Shown: positions 1 to 12,982 of the stretch, one piece after another | Position numbering within the stretch: position 1 is the stretch's first letter | Layout of the letters: every line of letters starts with the position of its first letter | Source of the DNA: Schmidtea polychroa | Taxonomy: Eukaryota | Assembly (NCBI GenBank): GCA_044892525.1 | Contig: CM097885.1 | Span: 234,424,001-234,488,000 of the forward strand | Direction: 5' to 3' | DNA: 64,000 bases | Notes under the pieces: model-generated | Databases searched by the model: none | The model's input: the letters and a program-made list of their open reading frames with translations, nothing else | What the model was told of the DNA's origin: nothing | Made by a program: the position numbers and the translations under genes

Positions 1-663
1 ATTGTGTGTTTAGATAGACCAATGTATATTGGACAAACCGTACTTGATTTATCCAAACTTCGCATGTACCAGTTTCAATATAAAGAACTACAGAGTTATA
101 GAGAAGAATTCAATTGTCAAATTAATATCGTAGCCGGTGACACAGATTCCTTCTTTTTAGAGTGTAAAAATGTAGATTTACGCTTACAACTATATCCAAA
201 AATGATTGCCGATGGGCTCCTAGATACTTCAAATTATCCAGTGACTGATCCATTGTTCTCAGATAAAATTTGTTCGGTAATCGGGAAATTCAAGGATGAG
301 AATAAAGGAAATCAATATAAAGAATGGGTGTTTCTTCGACCCAAGTGCTACTCACTCCAAGGCGATAAAAACACTCTAAAAGCCAAAGGAATAAGACTTA
401 CAAACTCTAATCTTACACATGAAGCCTATAAAAAAGTGTATACTGATGGTGGAACAGTGAGCATCCCACAAAAAAGAATAGGAAGTGTCAATCATCAGTT
501 GTATACTTTCATGACAGAAAAACGAGCTCTCCAATGTTTGGACGATAAAAGGTATTGGTACAATTGTAATGAAAGTTATGCCTACGGTCACTATAAGATT
601 CGCCAAATGCATATTGCAACTGCTATGTCTAGAAATGAATGCAAATCGAAACAAGCACTTTAA
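1..663 (+). CDS. pPolB: pPolB C-terminal part (truncated by window start)
   Basis: Identical to the C-terminal residues of the 862-aa ORF (GDTDS, KFKDE, RPKCY, KAKG). Confidence 0.9.
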   Translation: MVCLDRPMYIGQTVLDLSKLRMYQFQYKELQSYREEFNCQINIVAGDTDSFFLECKNVDLRLQLYPKMIADGLLDTSNYPVTDPLFSDKICSVIGKFKDENKGNQYKEWVFLRPKCYSLQGDKNTLKAKGIRLTNSNLTHEAYKKVYTDGGTVSIPQKRIGSVNHQLYTFMTEKRALQCLDDKRYWYNCNESYAYGHYKIRQMHIATAMSRNECKSKQAL

Positions 664-1520
664 CAATTAAATTTATGTGAATAATAAAATATATATTGTG
701 AATTGTTTGACTTAGTTAATTAAAATGTGTTTTATCATTTAATTATTCATTTGTCCAATTAATTTAGATAATTAGTTTCAAGTAAGAAATATTATTTTTG
801 TGTTTATTTTATTTATTTATTTATTTTTTCCGAAATATTAATATCCAGTTTATCTAAAATTAACTCAGCGTTTTATTTTATAATAAATTAAATAATTTCT
901 AATTAAAATTTATTCAAATTGAATAATTACTAATTAAAATTTTATTCAAATTGAAATATTATCGTTATAATTTACCTCTTGTTAGAATATAATGTAAATG
1001 TAAAATTAAAAAAAAAAAAAAAATAAAAAATAAAAAAAAAAATAAAAAATAAAAAATAAAAAAAAAAATAAAAAAATAATAATAATAAATAAAATAATAA
1101 AATAATAAAATAATACTAAAATAAAAGCATAATAAAATAATTAATTAAGAAAATTAAAAAGAAAAAAAAATAAATAGAAGTAATTAAATAAAATTAAAAA
1201 ATAAATAAATTAATTAAAAAAAAAAAAAATAAAATAAAAAAAAAAAATAATAATAATAATAATAATAATAATTAAATAGCGTAAGTAATTAAAATAAAAT
1301 ATTAATAAACTAATAAATTAATTAAATGTAATAAATTAAAATAAAACATAATAAAATAATTAATTAATAAAATTAAAATGAAAAAAAAAAAAAAAAAAAT
1401 TAAAAAGAAGTAATTAAATAAAATGTTAATTAAAAAAAAAAAATGATTCGATTGACCTATATTTGATCTGGACATTGGGATGACCTTGAAAGTGTCCTGG
1501 AGTCCTTACTATTCACTACT
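1..1520 (+). mobile_element. Right end of another copy of the same element (window-truncated)
   Basis: Matches 31171-32690 at offset 31,170; ends ...ATTCACTACT followed by TATTCA and the same host flank. Confidence 0.9.
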
Positions 1521-3856
1521 TATTCAGAAAATTATAATCAGCTATTTTATTGAAACAATAATTTTGAAACATGAAGTCAATTTTATTGAATTAAATTAAA
1601 TTTAATCAAATTTACATATTCAATAATATACTCAGAATTACTAAAATTTAATTTTTGTAAAACTCGTAAACTAAAAAAATGATATTTAAAAAAAATTTAA
1701 ATAAAAATAAAAACAGATATAGAAAATTAGGAATCTCAGATTAAATATTGCTAAAAGTTATAATTTTCCAGTTTATTTAAATATTAATGTAATTGAAATC
1801 GTTTGATTATACTTAAATAAAATTTGTTGATACTTACCGAGTCTCATGTAAAAATTGTAATGTGACAATATGGAATTCATCGTAAATGTATTATATATGA
1901 GAAATGTGTTTATACAAGTCTCGATAAATATAAAAATTCTATAGAAATTCTACAAAACTTACAGTATTTTTATCATTAACCTGTATTAAAAAAGATATGA
2001 AACTTCATTAATAATTAATCCGTAAAGATAATTTAATAAGATAATTTTGTGGCCAATAGTAGCCTCAATAGTTCTTGAATGATGATTTTAACGGTAGTTA
2101 CTAATGACTGTGTACCATTTGTAGATTAAAACAATTACCAAATAGATCATGTATATGTTGTGAATAATATAATCAAATGATAGAATCTTGAAATTATGTC
2201 TCTAGAATTTGGTTATTTATTGTTTTCGATATATTTTTATTTCAATTTTTAATCATTTTTTGAAACTTATATCCCTACATTTGATTTCTGAAATCTTCAA
2301 AATAGTGAATTGATACATTTTTAACAATTTCTTAAAAGGTCAAATTATTTCTGTTTTTACGTGGATTGAATGTGATAGTCAAGGAAGGAAAAATAATTGT
2401 AATAATATAAAATTTACATAGTTCAAACATATTTACAAAAAAGATGTCACCAGAATAGATGATTTTATTTTAAATAAAAACTTTTCTTTTAATTATTAAA
2501 ATAAAATCTGAACAATTGTAATATGTGATAACTAATATAAAAAATTCTAATTTAATAAATTCTAAATTTATAAATTTAAATAAAATAATTTAAAATTTTA
2601 CCAAATGAAAAATAAATTAAATTTAAAAATATATAATAAAAATCTAAATTAAAAAAATCTTTAAATAAAGTTTTAAAAAAATATTTGTTTAAATAATAAA
2701 CTAAAAGGTTGTATATAATTATTTTCAATTTGAAATGAACAATTGAATTGAAAATTAATGAATTTTTTCCTATTTTTTCATAAAAGCACTATGTTTATAT
2801 CAAGAGAAAAAAATAATATATTTAAAACCAAATCGATTCTCGTTCGTCATCATCCACTTCATTTCTCCTCATGGTCGTGATAAAGATGTCATCTTCATAT
2901 TTTGACTAAGAATCTATGATATATTAAAATAATCCTTGTTACTTGCGAATGAAACAAGTATTTTCTTTTTTAGCCATTTTAATATGGCTGTTTTTTTTTC
3001 AATATTTTTAGTAATAAGTTCCTTTCTTTTTTCTCAATTATTGTAAGAAAATCCTTTAAGGATAGTAGCTGATAGATAGTTTAATTCATATGATGCGGTA
3101 TGTAAACGCTACTCAAACATTCGTTTTACAATATATTTCGACAGTTTTTCTATCATCCTCAGGAAAAATAGAAAAACTAAATAATTTAAGATTTTTGAAC
3201 AATCACAGGGATATCACAGAGATATCACAGAGATATCACAGAGATTAATGGATTGTGCGAGCAAAGTGTTCTTAGTGATTTCTGAAATTTTATCTTCGGT
3301 GTGCATCATGTTGTTCGTCATTATCCGCTTCTTTTCTGCTCTTGGTCGTGATAAAGATATCATCTACATATTTTTCGTAGGAATCTATTGATATATTAAT
3401 TATTCCTTGTTACTTGAGAATGATACAAGTGTTTTCTTTTTTAGCCATTTTAATATGGCTGTTTTTCTGTTCAATATGTTTAAATAATAAGTTCCTTTCT
3501 TTTTTCTTAATCATTTTGTGGCAACTCTTTAAGGAGATTAGCTGATAGATATTTTAATTCCTTTTAATGTGGTATAAAAACGCTACTCAAACATTTGTTT
3601 TACAATATATTTCGACAGTTTTTCTATCATCATCAGATAAAATAGAAAAACTAAATGAATTTATTAAGTTTCATTTTAAAAAAAATGAAAGAATTATCTT
3701 TTATTCAACACAAATTTTAATAAAACAAATATCTAATTCCTTTCTTTAAAGTGTAAAATATGTCGTCATGAGTCTTTTGAATATTGTAACAGCTCTAGTT
3801 TGATTTTTAAATAGACACTTAAATAAACGCGGTAAAGACTTTATTTTTAAATATCG

Positions 3857-4807
3857 CTATTCAACAAATATATTATCAACAATAAATTGTATATTTCCCA
3901 AATATACTAAATATTGGTTATTATAATTCAACAAACGTATTTCCATTAACTCGTATTCAAAACCTAAATAAATCGCTAATTTTTTTCTTGTTTCTATTAT
4001 TATTTTATCATCTAAAAATAAGTCAATTTTGTCCAATAGTCGTGTCAATTGATTTGATATTAAATTTTGATGTACTAATGTAATATTAGTTAACATGTTT
4101 TGTTCAAATCTTATATAGTCAATTTCTAATGGATCTAATATCGTATCATCATGAAATTCTTGGAATGGAATATCAACACCATCTTCAGTCACAGTTAAAT
4201 CTCGTAAAAATACATCGGAAATAAAAGATGTATACAGAGCTTTTTTGCGGATATTGGTCATAAAATTATCTTTAAATTTATCTTCAATAAAAGAACCAAT
4301 TATCCTTTCAATAATTTCTTCATTTTTTTCATTAATTATCAATTTTCTAATTAAATGGTATATTTTTGTTAAATAATCTGATGCTGAATCGGTATTTTCA
4401 ACGAGTATTTTAATTCCGAAAAAACTAGTATTCAAATAATCATTGAGCACAATTATATATTTTTTAAAATTTGCAAAAGGAGAATTTCGATTACGTGCTT
4501 TGATACTATTTAATATATATTCCAAATCCACAGGTGTTTTTCTTATATATTTTATCAGTTTGCGGTTGATATTTCTAATACAGGATCTAAAACGAAGTTT
4601 ATAAAATTCTTGTTTCAGATTAAATAATCTCATATAATCTATAAATAAATCTTTCTTCTTTACTAAATCCAATTCAAGTCTGTCAAGCGGGCAATGAGTA
4701 TAATCATTTAACCAATGTAAGAAACAATTAGTACAAAACGAATGGTTACAGCCAGTAGTTATAAACAATTCTATAGCTAATTCATCGTAGCAAACAGTAC
4801 ATTCCAT
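3857..4807 (-). CDS. RING-finger protein (C3HC3D-type), C-terminally truncated copy
   Basis: MECTVC...CNHSFCTNC...W...CPLD; first ATG at 4807. The 3' end is lost by a deletion relative to the 8358 copy. Confidence 0.7.
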   Translation of the reverse strand: MECTVCYDELAIELFITTGCNHSFCTNCFLHWLNDYTHCPLDRLELDLVKKKDLFIDYMRLFNLKQEFYKLRFRSCIRNINRKLIKYIRKTPVDLEYILNSIKARNRNSPFANFKKYIIVLNDYLNTSFFGIKILVENTDSASDYLTKIYHLIRKLIINEKNEEIIERIIGSFIEDKFKDNFMTNIRKKALYTSFISDVFLRDLTVTEDGVDIPFQEFHDDTILDPLEIDYIRFEQNMLTNITLVHQNLISNQLTRLLDKIDLFLDDKIIIETRKKLAIYLGFEYELMEIRLLNYNNQYLVYLGNIQFIVDNIFVE

Positions 4808-4829
4808 TTTTCTTTTTTCGATAATTTTC

Positions 4830-5228
4830 AATACTTATCAATTTTCTAACAAAATGGTATATTCTTGATAAGTATATTCCAAAATACTAATCATTCAAAT
4901 AATAATTGCGCTCAATTATATACTTTTTAACATTTGCAAACGGTGAATTTCTATTACGCGTGTTGATAGTATTTACTATATATTTCAAATCCAAAGTGGC
5001 TTATATTATATATTTAAGCAATTTACAGCTTAAAGTTTAATTACAACTTCTAAAACATGATTTATAAAATTCATGTTTTAAATTAATTAATCTTATATTA
5101 TATATAAATAAACCATTCTTCATTAATAAATCAAATTCAATTCTGTCTAATGGACAATTAGAATGTCTTTCTAACCAACTTATTAAACAATTACTACAAT
5201 AAACATGGTTACAACCAGTAGTTATAAT
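4830..5228 (-). pseudogene. 5' remnant of a diverged RING paralog (also ~9447-9840, 14072-14465, 36002-36397, 40628-41020)
   Basis: Manual translation ITTGCNHVYCSNCLISWLERHSNCPLDRIEFDL...SCN*...YII*...TRNRNSPFANVKKYII aligns with the intact RING gene but has stops. Confidence 0.85.
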
Positions 5229-6769
5229 TGAATTTATTTTTTTTGCGGATATTATTCATGTAAATGTCTTTAAAATATAATTGGTCTTCAATAAAAGAAG
5301 TAATTATCTGTTGAATAACTAACTATTAGCTGATAGATAGTTTAATTTCTATGATGTGGTATGTAAACGCTACTCATATATTCGTTTTACAATATATTTC
5401 GACAGTTTTTCTATCATCATCAGATAAAATAGAAAAACTAAAAGAATTTACTAAGTTTCATTTTTAAAAAGAATGAAAAAATTATCTTTTCTTCAACACA
5501 AATTTTAAGAAAAAAAATATCTAATTCCTTTCTATAAAGTGCAAAATATGTCGTCATGAGTCTTTTGTTGAAATTTATTAATAGAATTCATTTTATAATA
5601 ATGATATAGTGCTTCTACCCAATAGACAATTTGGATTTACCAATAACCAAGATAATAAACAACCACTGCAAAACTTATGATTGCAAAGATTTATTGTTAC
5701 GGAATTATGAATATCATTATAATTTCTTTTAATGAACAGAAAAATTGGTATCTAAAGAATATTGTTCAAGGTTATAAAATCGAGCAGAATGATGTCCTTA
5801 CTCCAATTTGAAAAATTTCACAATTATTTTAATATATGCTTAATGAATGTTAATAAATGTATTTAATTATATTTGTGTTTGTCTTTTCTTTCAAATAATA
5901 AAAATAATTTGTCAATTTTTAACAAAAAATTACAAAATGAACATTTTATAATTATAAAATACTTTTAATATAATATAATATAAATTAAAATATAATATAT
6001 CTTTTACATAATATTTTAATATCAATTATAAAATAATTTAATAAAAAGATTGACTATGAATCAGTAAATACTTTTTTATTTACTGATTCAATGTCAATCT
6101 TTTTAATAAATACAATAGTAATGGAAAATAAATCAATAGTGAAATTTGTAAGAAAAGTTCTTATAATACTATAAAATACTATAAAAACTTTTCTTTTAAT
6201 TATTAAAATAAAATCTGAACAATTGTAATATGTGATAACTAATATAAAAAATTCTAATTTAATAAATTCTAAATTTATAAATTTAAATAAAATAATTTAA
6301 AATTTTACCAAATGAAAAATAAATTAAATTTAAAAATATATAATAAAAATCTAAATTAAAAAAATCTTTAAATAAAGTTTTAAAAAAATATTTGTTTAAA
6401 TAATAAACTAAAAGGTTGTATATAATTATTTTCAATTTGAAATGAACAATTGAATTGAAAATTAATGAATTTTTTCCTATTTTTTCATAAAAGCACTATG
6501 TTTATATCAAGAGAAAAAAATAATATATTTAAAACCAAATCGATTCTCGTTCGTCATCATCCACTTCATTTCTCCTCATGGTCGTGATAAAGATGTCATC
6601 TTCATATTTTGACTAAGAATCTATGATATATTAAAATAATCCTTGTTACTTGCGAATGAAACAAGTATTTTCTTTTTTAGCCATTTTAATATGGCTGTTT
6701 TTTTTTCAATATTTTTAGTAATAAGTTCCTTTCTTTTTTCTCAATTATTGTAAGAAAATCCTTTAAGGA

Positions 6770-7830
6770 TAGTAGCTGATAGATAGTTTAATTCATATGA
6801 TGCGGTATGTAAACGCTACTCAAACATTCGTTTTACAATATATTTCGACAGTTTTTCTATCATCCTCAGGAAAAATAGAAAAACTAAATAATTTAAGATT
6901 TTTGAACAATCACAGGGATATCACAGGGATATCACAGAGATATCACAGAGATATCAAAGAGATTAATGGATTGTGCGAGCAAAGTGTTCTTAGTGATTTC
7001 TGAAATTTTATCTTCGGTGTGCATCATGTTGTTCGTCATTATCCGCTTCTTTTCTGCTCTTGGTCGTGATAAAGATATCATCTACATATTTTTCGTAGGA
7101 ATCTATGATATATTAATTATTCCTTGTTACTTGAGAATGATACAAGTGTTTTCTTTTTTAGCCATTTTAATATGGCTGTTTTTCTGTTCAATATGTTTAA
7201 ATAATAAGTTCCTTTCTTTTTTCTTAATCATTTTGTGGCAACTCTTTAAGGAGATTAGCTGATAGATATTTTAATTCCTTTTAATGTGGTATAAAAACGC
7301 TACTCAAACATTCGTTTTACAATATATTTCGACAGTTTTTCTATCATCCTCAGGAAAAATAGAAAAACTAAATAATTTAAGATTTTTGAACAATCACAGG
7401 GATATCACAGAGATATCACAGAGATTAATGGATTGTGCGAGCAAAGTGTTCTTAGTGATTTCTGAAATTTTATCTTCGGTGTGCATCATGTTGTTCGTCA
7501 TTATCCGCTTCTTTTCTGCTCTTGGTCGTGATAAAGATATCATCTACATATTTTTCGTAGGAATCTATGATATATTAATTATTCCTTGTTACTTGAGAAT
7601 GATACAAGTGTTTTCTTTTTTAGACATTTTAATATGGCTGTTTTTCTGTTCAATATGTTTAAATAATAAGTTCCTTTCTTTTTTCTTAATCATTTTGTGG
7701 CAACTCTTTAAGGAGATTAGCTGATAGATATTTTAATTCCTTTTAATGTGGTATAAAAACGCTACTCAAACATTTGTTTTACAATATATTTCGACAGTTT
7801 TTCTATCATCATCAGATAAAATAGAAAAAC
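6770..7830. repeat. ~462-bp tandem repeat (also ~3065-3650, 11385-12460, 34235-34820, 37940-39010, 47157-47820)
   Basis: TAGCTGATAGAT...AACGCTACTCA recurs; ORF starts at 7284 and 7746 differ by 462. Confidence 0.85.
7425..7650 (-). pseudogene. Possible decayed reverse-transcriptase fragment (Penelope-like?) in the 462-bp repeat
   Basis: Minus-strand frame reads YEKYVDDIFITTKSRKEAD (YVDDIF at 7533-7550), followed after a frameshift by KIKF; stops and frameshifts on both sides. Confidence 0.4.
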
Positions 7831-8094
7831 TAAATGAATTTACTAAGTTTCATTTTAAAAAAAATGAAAGAATTATCTTTTCTTCGACACAAATTTTAAT
7901 AAAACAAATATCTAATTCCTTTCTTTAAAGTGCAAAATATGTCGTCATGAGTCTTTTGAATATTGTAACAGCTCTAGTTTGATTTTTAAATAGACACTTA
8001 AATAAACGCGGTAAAGACTTTATTTTTAAATATCGCTATTCATACATCTTTTTAACAATATATTTCGATAGCATCACAATGATTCTCAGATTAC

Positions 8095-8375
8095 CTAATA
8101 CTCGCAAATTAAATGTTTGAGCATATTTGTCAAGACATTGTCCCATGTTATTTGTTCTATCAATATTTTTAACATTTTTATTATTTCTAATAAAATACCA
8201 ATATCTTCTAGTTTTAAAATATTTTCGGTTAATAATGGAATATTTCCCAAATACATTAAATATTGATCATTATAATTCTCGAAACTTATTCTCATAAACT
8301 CATACTCTAAACCTAAATAAATCATTAAATTTTTTTCTTGTTTCGAATAATATTGTATTATCTAAAAATAAACCA
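8095..8375 (-). pseudogene. 3' remnant of a diverged RING paralog (also ~12720-13000, 39276-39556)
   Basis: MIYLGLEYEFMRISFENYNDQYLMYLGNI...IEQITWD aligns with AIYLGFEYELMEIRLLNYNNQYLVYLGNI...IEQITWD. Confidence 0.85.
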
Positions 8376-9422
8376 ATTTTGTTCGAGCTTATTTTTCAAA
8401 ACATCATCCCAAGTTATTTGCTCGATCAATAATCTTATCATTCGAGTTATTTGTAATAAACCACCGATATCTTCTAGATTTAAAATATTATCAACAATAA
8501 ATTGTATATTTCCCAAATATACTAAATATTGGTTATTATAATTCAACAAACGTATTTCCATTAACTCGTATTCAAAACCTAAATAAATCGCTAATTTTTT
8601 TCTTGTTTCTATTATTATTTTATCATCTAAAAATAAGTCAATTTTGTCGAATAGTCGTATCAATTGATTTGATATTAAATTTTGATGTACTAATGTAATA
8701 TTAGTTAACATGTTTTGTTCAAATCTTATATAGTCAATTTCTAATGGATCTAATATCGTATCATCATCAAATTCTTGGAATGGAATATCAACACCATCTT
8801 CAGTCACAGTTAAATCTCGTAAAAATACATCGGAAATAAAAGATGTATACAGAGCTTTTTTGCGGATATTGGTCATAAAATTATCTTTAAATTTATCTTC
8901 AATAAAAGAACCAATTATCCTTTCAATAATTTCTTCATTTTTTTCATTAATTATCAATTTTCTAATTAAATGGTATATTTTTGTTAAATAATTTGATGCT
9001 GAATCGGTATTTTCAACGAGTATTTTAATTCCGAAAAAACTAGTATTCAAATAATCATTGAGCACAATTATATATTTTTTAAAATTTGCAAAAGGAGAAT
9101 TTCGATTACGTGCTTTGATACTATTTAATATATATTCCAAATCCACAGGTGTTTTTCTTATATATTTTATCAGTTTGCGGTTGATATTTCTAATACAGGA
9201 TCTAAAACGAAGTTTATAAAATTCTTGTTTCAGATTAAATAATCTCATATAATCTATAAATAAATCTTTCTTCTTTACTAAATCCAATTCAAGTCTGTCA
9301 AGCGGGCAATGAGTATAATCATTTAACCAATGTAAGAAACAATTAGTACAAAACGAATGGTTACAGCCAGTAGTTATAAACAATTCTATAGCTAATTCAT
9401 CGTAGCAAACAGTACATTCCAT
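8358..9422 (-). CDS. RING-finger protein, putative E3 ubiquitin ligase (~354 aa from ATG)
   Basis: N-terminal C-x2-C-x13-C-x-H-x2-C-x2-C-x10-C-x2-D RING; intronless ORF. Confidence 0.75.
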   Translation of the reverse strand: MECTVCYDELAIELFITTGCNHSFCTNCFLHWLNDYTHCPLDRLELDLVKKKDLFIDYMRLFNLKQEFYKLRFRSCIRNINRKLIKYIRKTPVDLEYILNSIKARNRNSPFANFKKYIIVLNDYLNTSFFGIKILVENTDSASNYLTKIYHLIRKLIINEKNEEIIERIIGSFIEDKFKDNFMTNIRKKALYTSFISDVFLRDLTVTEDGVDIPFQEFDDDTILDPLEIDYIRFEQNMLTNITLVHQNLISNQLIRLFDKIDLFLDDKIIIETRKKLAIYLGFEYELMEIRLLNYNNQYLVYLGNIQFIVDNILNLEDIGGLLQITRMIRLLIEQITWDDVLKNKLEQNWFIFR

Positions 9423-12400
9423 TTTTCTTTTTTCGATAATTTTCAATACTTATCAATTTCTAACAAAATGGTATATTCTTGATAAATATATTCCAAAATA
9501 CTAATCATTCAAATAATAATTGCGCTCAATTATATACTTTTTAACATTTGCAAACGGTGAATTTCTATTACGCGTGTTGATAGTATTTACTATATATTTC
9601 AAATCCAAAGTGGCTTATATTATATATTTAAGCAATTTACAGCTTAAAGTTTAATTACAACTCCTAAAACATGATTTATAAAATTCATGTTTTAAATTAA
9701 TTAATCTTATATTATATATAAATAAACCATTCTTCATTAATAAATCAAATTCAATTCTGTCTAATGGACAATTAGAATGTCTTTCTAACCAACTTATTAA
9801 ACAATTACTACAATAAACATGGTTACAACCAGTAGTTATAGTTGAATTTATTTTTTTTGCGGATATTATTCATGTAAATGTCTTTAAAATATAATTGGTC
9901 TTCAATAAAAGAAGTAATTATCTTTTGAATAACTAACTATTAGCTGATAGATAGTTTAATTTCTATGATGTGGTATGTAAACGCTACTCATATATTCGTT
10001 TTACAATATATTTCGACAGTTTTTCTATCATCATCAGATAAAATAGAAAAACTAAAAGAATTTACTAAGTTTCATTTTTAAAAAGAATGAAAAAATTATC
10101 TTTTCTTCAACACAAATTTTAAGAAAAAAAATATCTAATTCCTTTCTATAAAGTGCAAAATATGTCGTCATGAGTCTTTTGTTGAAATTTATTAATAGAA
10201 TTCATTTTATAATAATGATATAGTGCTTCTACCCAATAGACAATTTGGATTTACCAATAACCAAGATAATAAACAACCACTGCAAAACTTATGATTGCAA
10301 AGATTTATTGTTACGGAATTATGAATATCATTATAATTTCTTTTAATGAACAGAAAAATTGGTATCTAAAGAATATTGTTCAAGGTTATAAAATCGAGCA
10401 GAATGATGTCCTTACTCCAATTTGAAAAATTTCACAATTATTTTAATATATGCTTAATGAATGTTAATAAATGTATTTAATTATATTTGTGTTTGTCTTT
10501 TCTTTCAAATAATAAAAATAATTTGTCAATTTTTAACAAAAAATTACAAAATGAACATTTTATAATTATAAAATACTTTTAATATAATATAATATAAATT
10601 AAAATATAATATATCTTTTACATAATATTTTAATATCAATTATAAAATAATTTAATAAAAAGATTGACTATGAATCAGTAAATACTTTTTTATTTACTGA
10701 TTCAATGTCAATCTTTTTAATAAATACAATAGTAATGGAAAATAAATCAATAGTGAAATTTGTAAGAAAAGTTCTTATAATACTATAAAATACTATAAAA
10801 ACTTTTCTTTTAATTATTAAAATAAAATCTGAACAATTGTAATATGTGATAACTAATATAAAAAATTCTAATTTAATAAATTCTAAATTTATAAATTTAA
10901 ATAAAATAATTTAAAATTTTACCAAATGAAAAATAAATTAAATTTAAAAATATATAATAAAAATCTAAATTAAAAAAATCTTTAAATAAAGTTTTAAAAA
11001 AATATTTGTTTAAATAATAAACTAAAAGGTTGTATATAATTATTTTCAATTTGAAATGAACAATTGAATTGAAAATTAATGAATTTTTTCCTATTTTTTC
11101 ATAAAAGCACTATGTTTATATCAAGAGAAAAAAATAATATATTTAAAACCAAATCGATTCTCGTTCGTCATCATCCACTTCATTTCTCCTCATGGTCGTG
11201 ATAAAGATGTCATCTTCATATTTTGACTAAGAATCTATGATATATTAAAATAATCCTTGTTACTTGCGAATGAAACAAGTATTTTCTTTTTTAGCCATTT
11301 TAATATGGCTGTTTTTTTTTCAATATTTTTAGTAATAAGTTCCTTTCTTTTTTCTCAATTATTGTAAGAAAATCCTTTAAGGATAGTAGCTGATAGATAG
11401 TTTAATTCATATGATGCGGTATGTAAACGCTACTCATACATTCGTTTTACAATATATTTCGACAGTTTTTCTATCATCCTCAGGAAAAATAGAAAAACTA
11501 AATAATTTAAGATTTTTGAACAATCACAGGGATATCACAGGGATATCACAGGGATATCACAGAGATATCACAGAGATATCAAAGAGATTAATGGATTGTG
11601 CGAGCAAAGTGTTCTTAGTGATTTCTGAAATTTTATCTTCGGTGTGCATCATGTTGTTCGTCATTATCCGCTTCTTTTCTGCTCTTGGTCGTGATAAAGA
11701 TATCATCTACATATTTTTCGTAGGAATCTATGATATATTAATTATTCCTTGTTACTTGAGAATGATACAAGTGTTTTCTTTTTTAGCCATTTTAATATGG
11801 CTGTTTTTCTGTTCAATATGTTTAAATAATAAGTTCCTTTCTTTTTTCTTAATCATTTTGTGGCAACTCTTTAAGGAGATTAGCTGATAGATATTTTAAT
11901 TCCTTTTAATGTGGTATAAAAACGCTACTCAAACATTCGTTTTACAATATATTTCGACAGTTTTTCTATCATCCTCAGGAAAAATAGAAAAACTAAATAA
12001 TTTAAGATTTTTGAACAATCACAGGGATATCACAGAGATATCACAGAGATTAATGGATTGTGCGAGCAAAGTGTTCTTAGTGATTTCTGAAATTTTATCT
12101 TCGGTGTGCATCATGTTGTTCGTCATTATCCGCTTCTTTTCTGCTCTTGGTCGTGATAAAGATATCATCTACATATTTTTCGTAGGAATCTATGATATAT
12201 TAATTATTCCTTGTTACTTGAGAATGATACAAGTGTTTTCTTTTTTAGACATTTTAATATGGCTGTTTTTCTGTTCAATATGTTTAAATAATAAGTTCCT
12301 TTCTTTTTTCTTAATCATTTTGTGGCAACTCTTTAAGGAGATTAGCTGATAGATATTTTAATTCCTTTTAATGTGGTATAAAAACGCTACTCAAACATTT

Positions 12401-12982
12401 GTTTTACAATATATTTCGACAGTTTTTCTATCATCATCAGATAAAATAGAAAAACTAAATGAATTTACTAAGTTTCATTTTAAAAAAAATGAAAGAATTA
12501 TCTTTTCTTCGACACAAATTTTAATAAAACAAATATCTAATTCCTTTCTTTAAAGTGCAAAATATGTCGTCATGAGTCTTTTGAATATTGTAACAGCTCT
12601 AGTTTGATTTTTAAATAGACACTTAAATAAACGCGGTAAAGACTTTATTTTTAAATATCGCTATTCATACATCTTTTTAACAATATATTTCGATAGCATC
12701 ACAATGATTCTCAGATTACCTAATACTCGCAAATTAAATGTTTGAGCATATTTGTCAAGACATTGTCCCATGTTATTTGTTCTATCAATATTTTTAACAT
12801 TTTTATTATTTCTAATAAAATACCAATATCTTCTAGTTTTAAAATATTTTCGGTTAATAATGGAATATTTCCCAAATACATTAAATATTGATCATTATAA
12901 TTCTCGAAACTTATTCTCATAAACTCATACTCTAAACCTAAATAAATCATTAAATTTTTTTCTTGTTTCGAATAATATTGTA

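Noticed and set aside
1000..1445. A-rich tract as a retroposon poly(A) tail or telomere
   Set aside because: It is internal to the element arm, mirrored in the other arm, irregular, and followed by the conserved terminus
4808..4831. N-terminal MKIIEKRK extension of the RING ORFs
   Set aside because: It starts at TTG and overlaps paralog-B remnant sequence; the first ATG (MEC...) is the plausible eukaryotic start
6797..7928. Hydrophobic + strand ORFs (MWYKNATQ..., MDCASKV...) as membrane proteins, here and in paralogous units
   Set aside because: Their frames change with VNTR copy number and a 1-bp indel, they have no recognisable domain, and hydrophobicity is expected from T-rich antisense sequence
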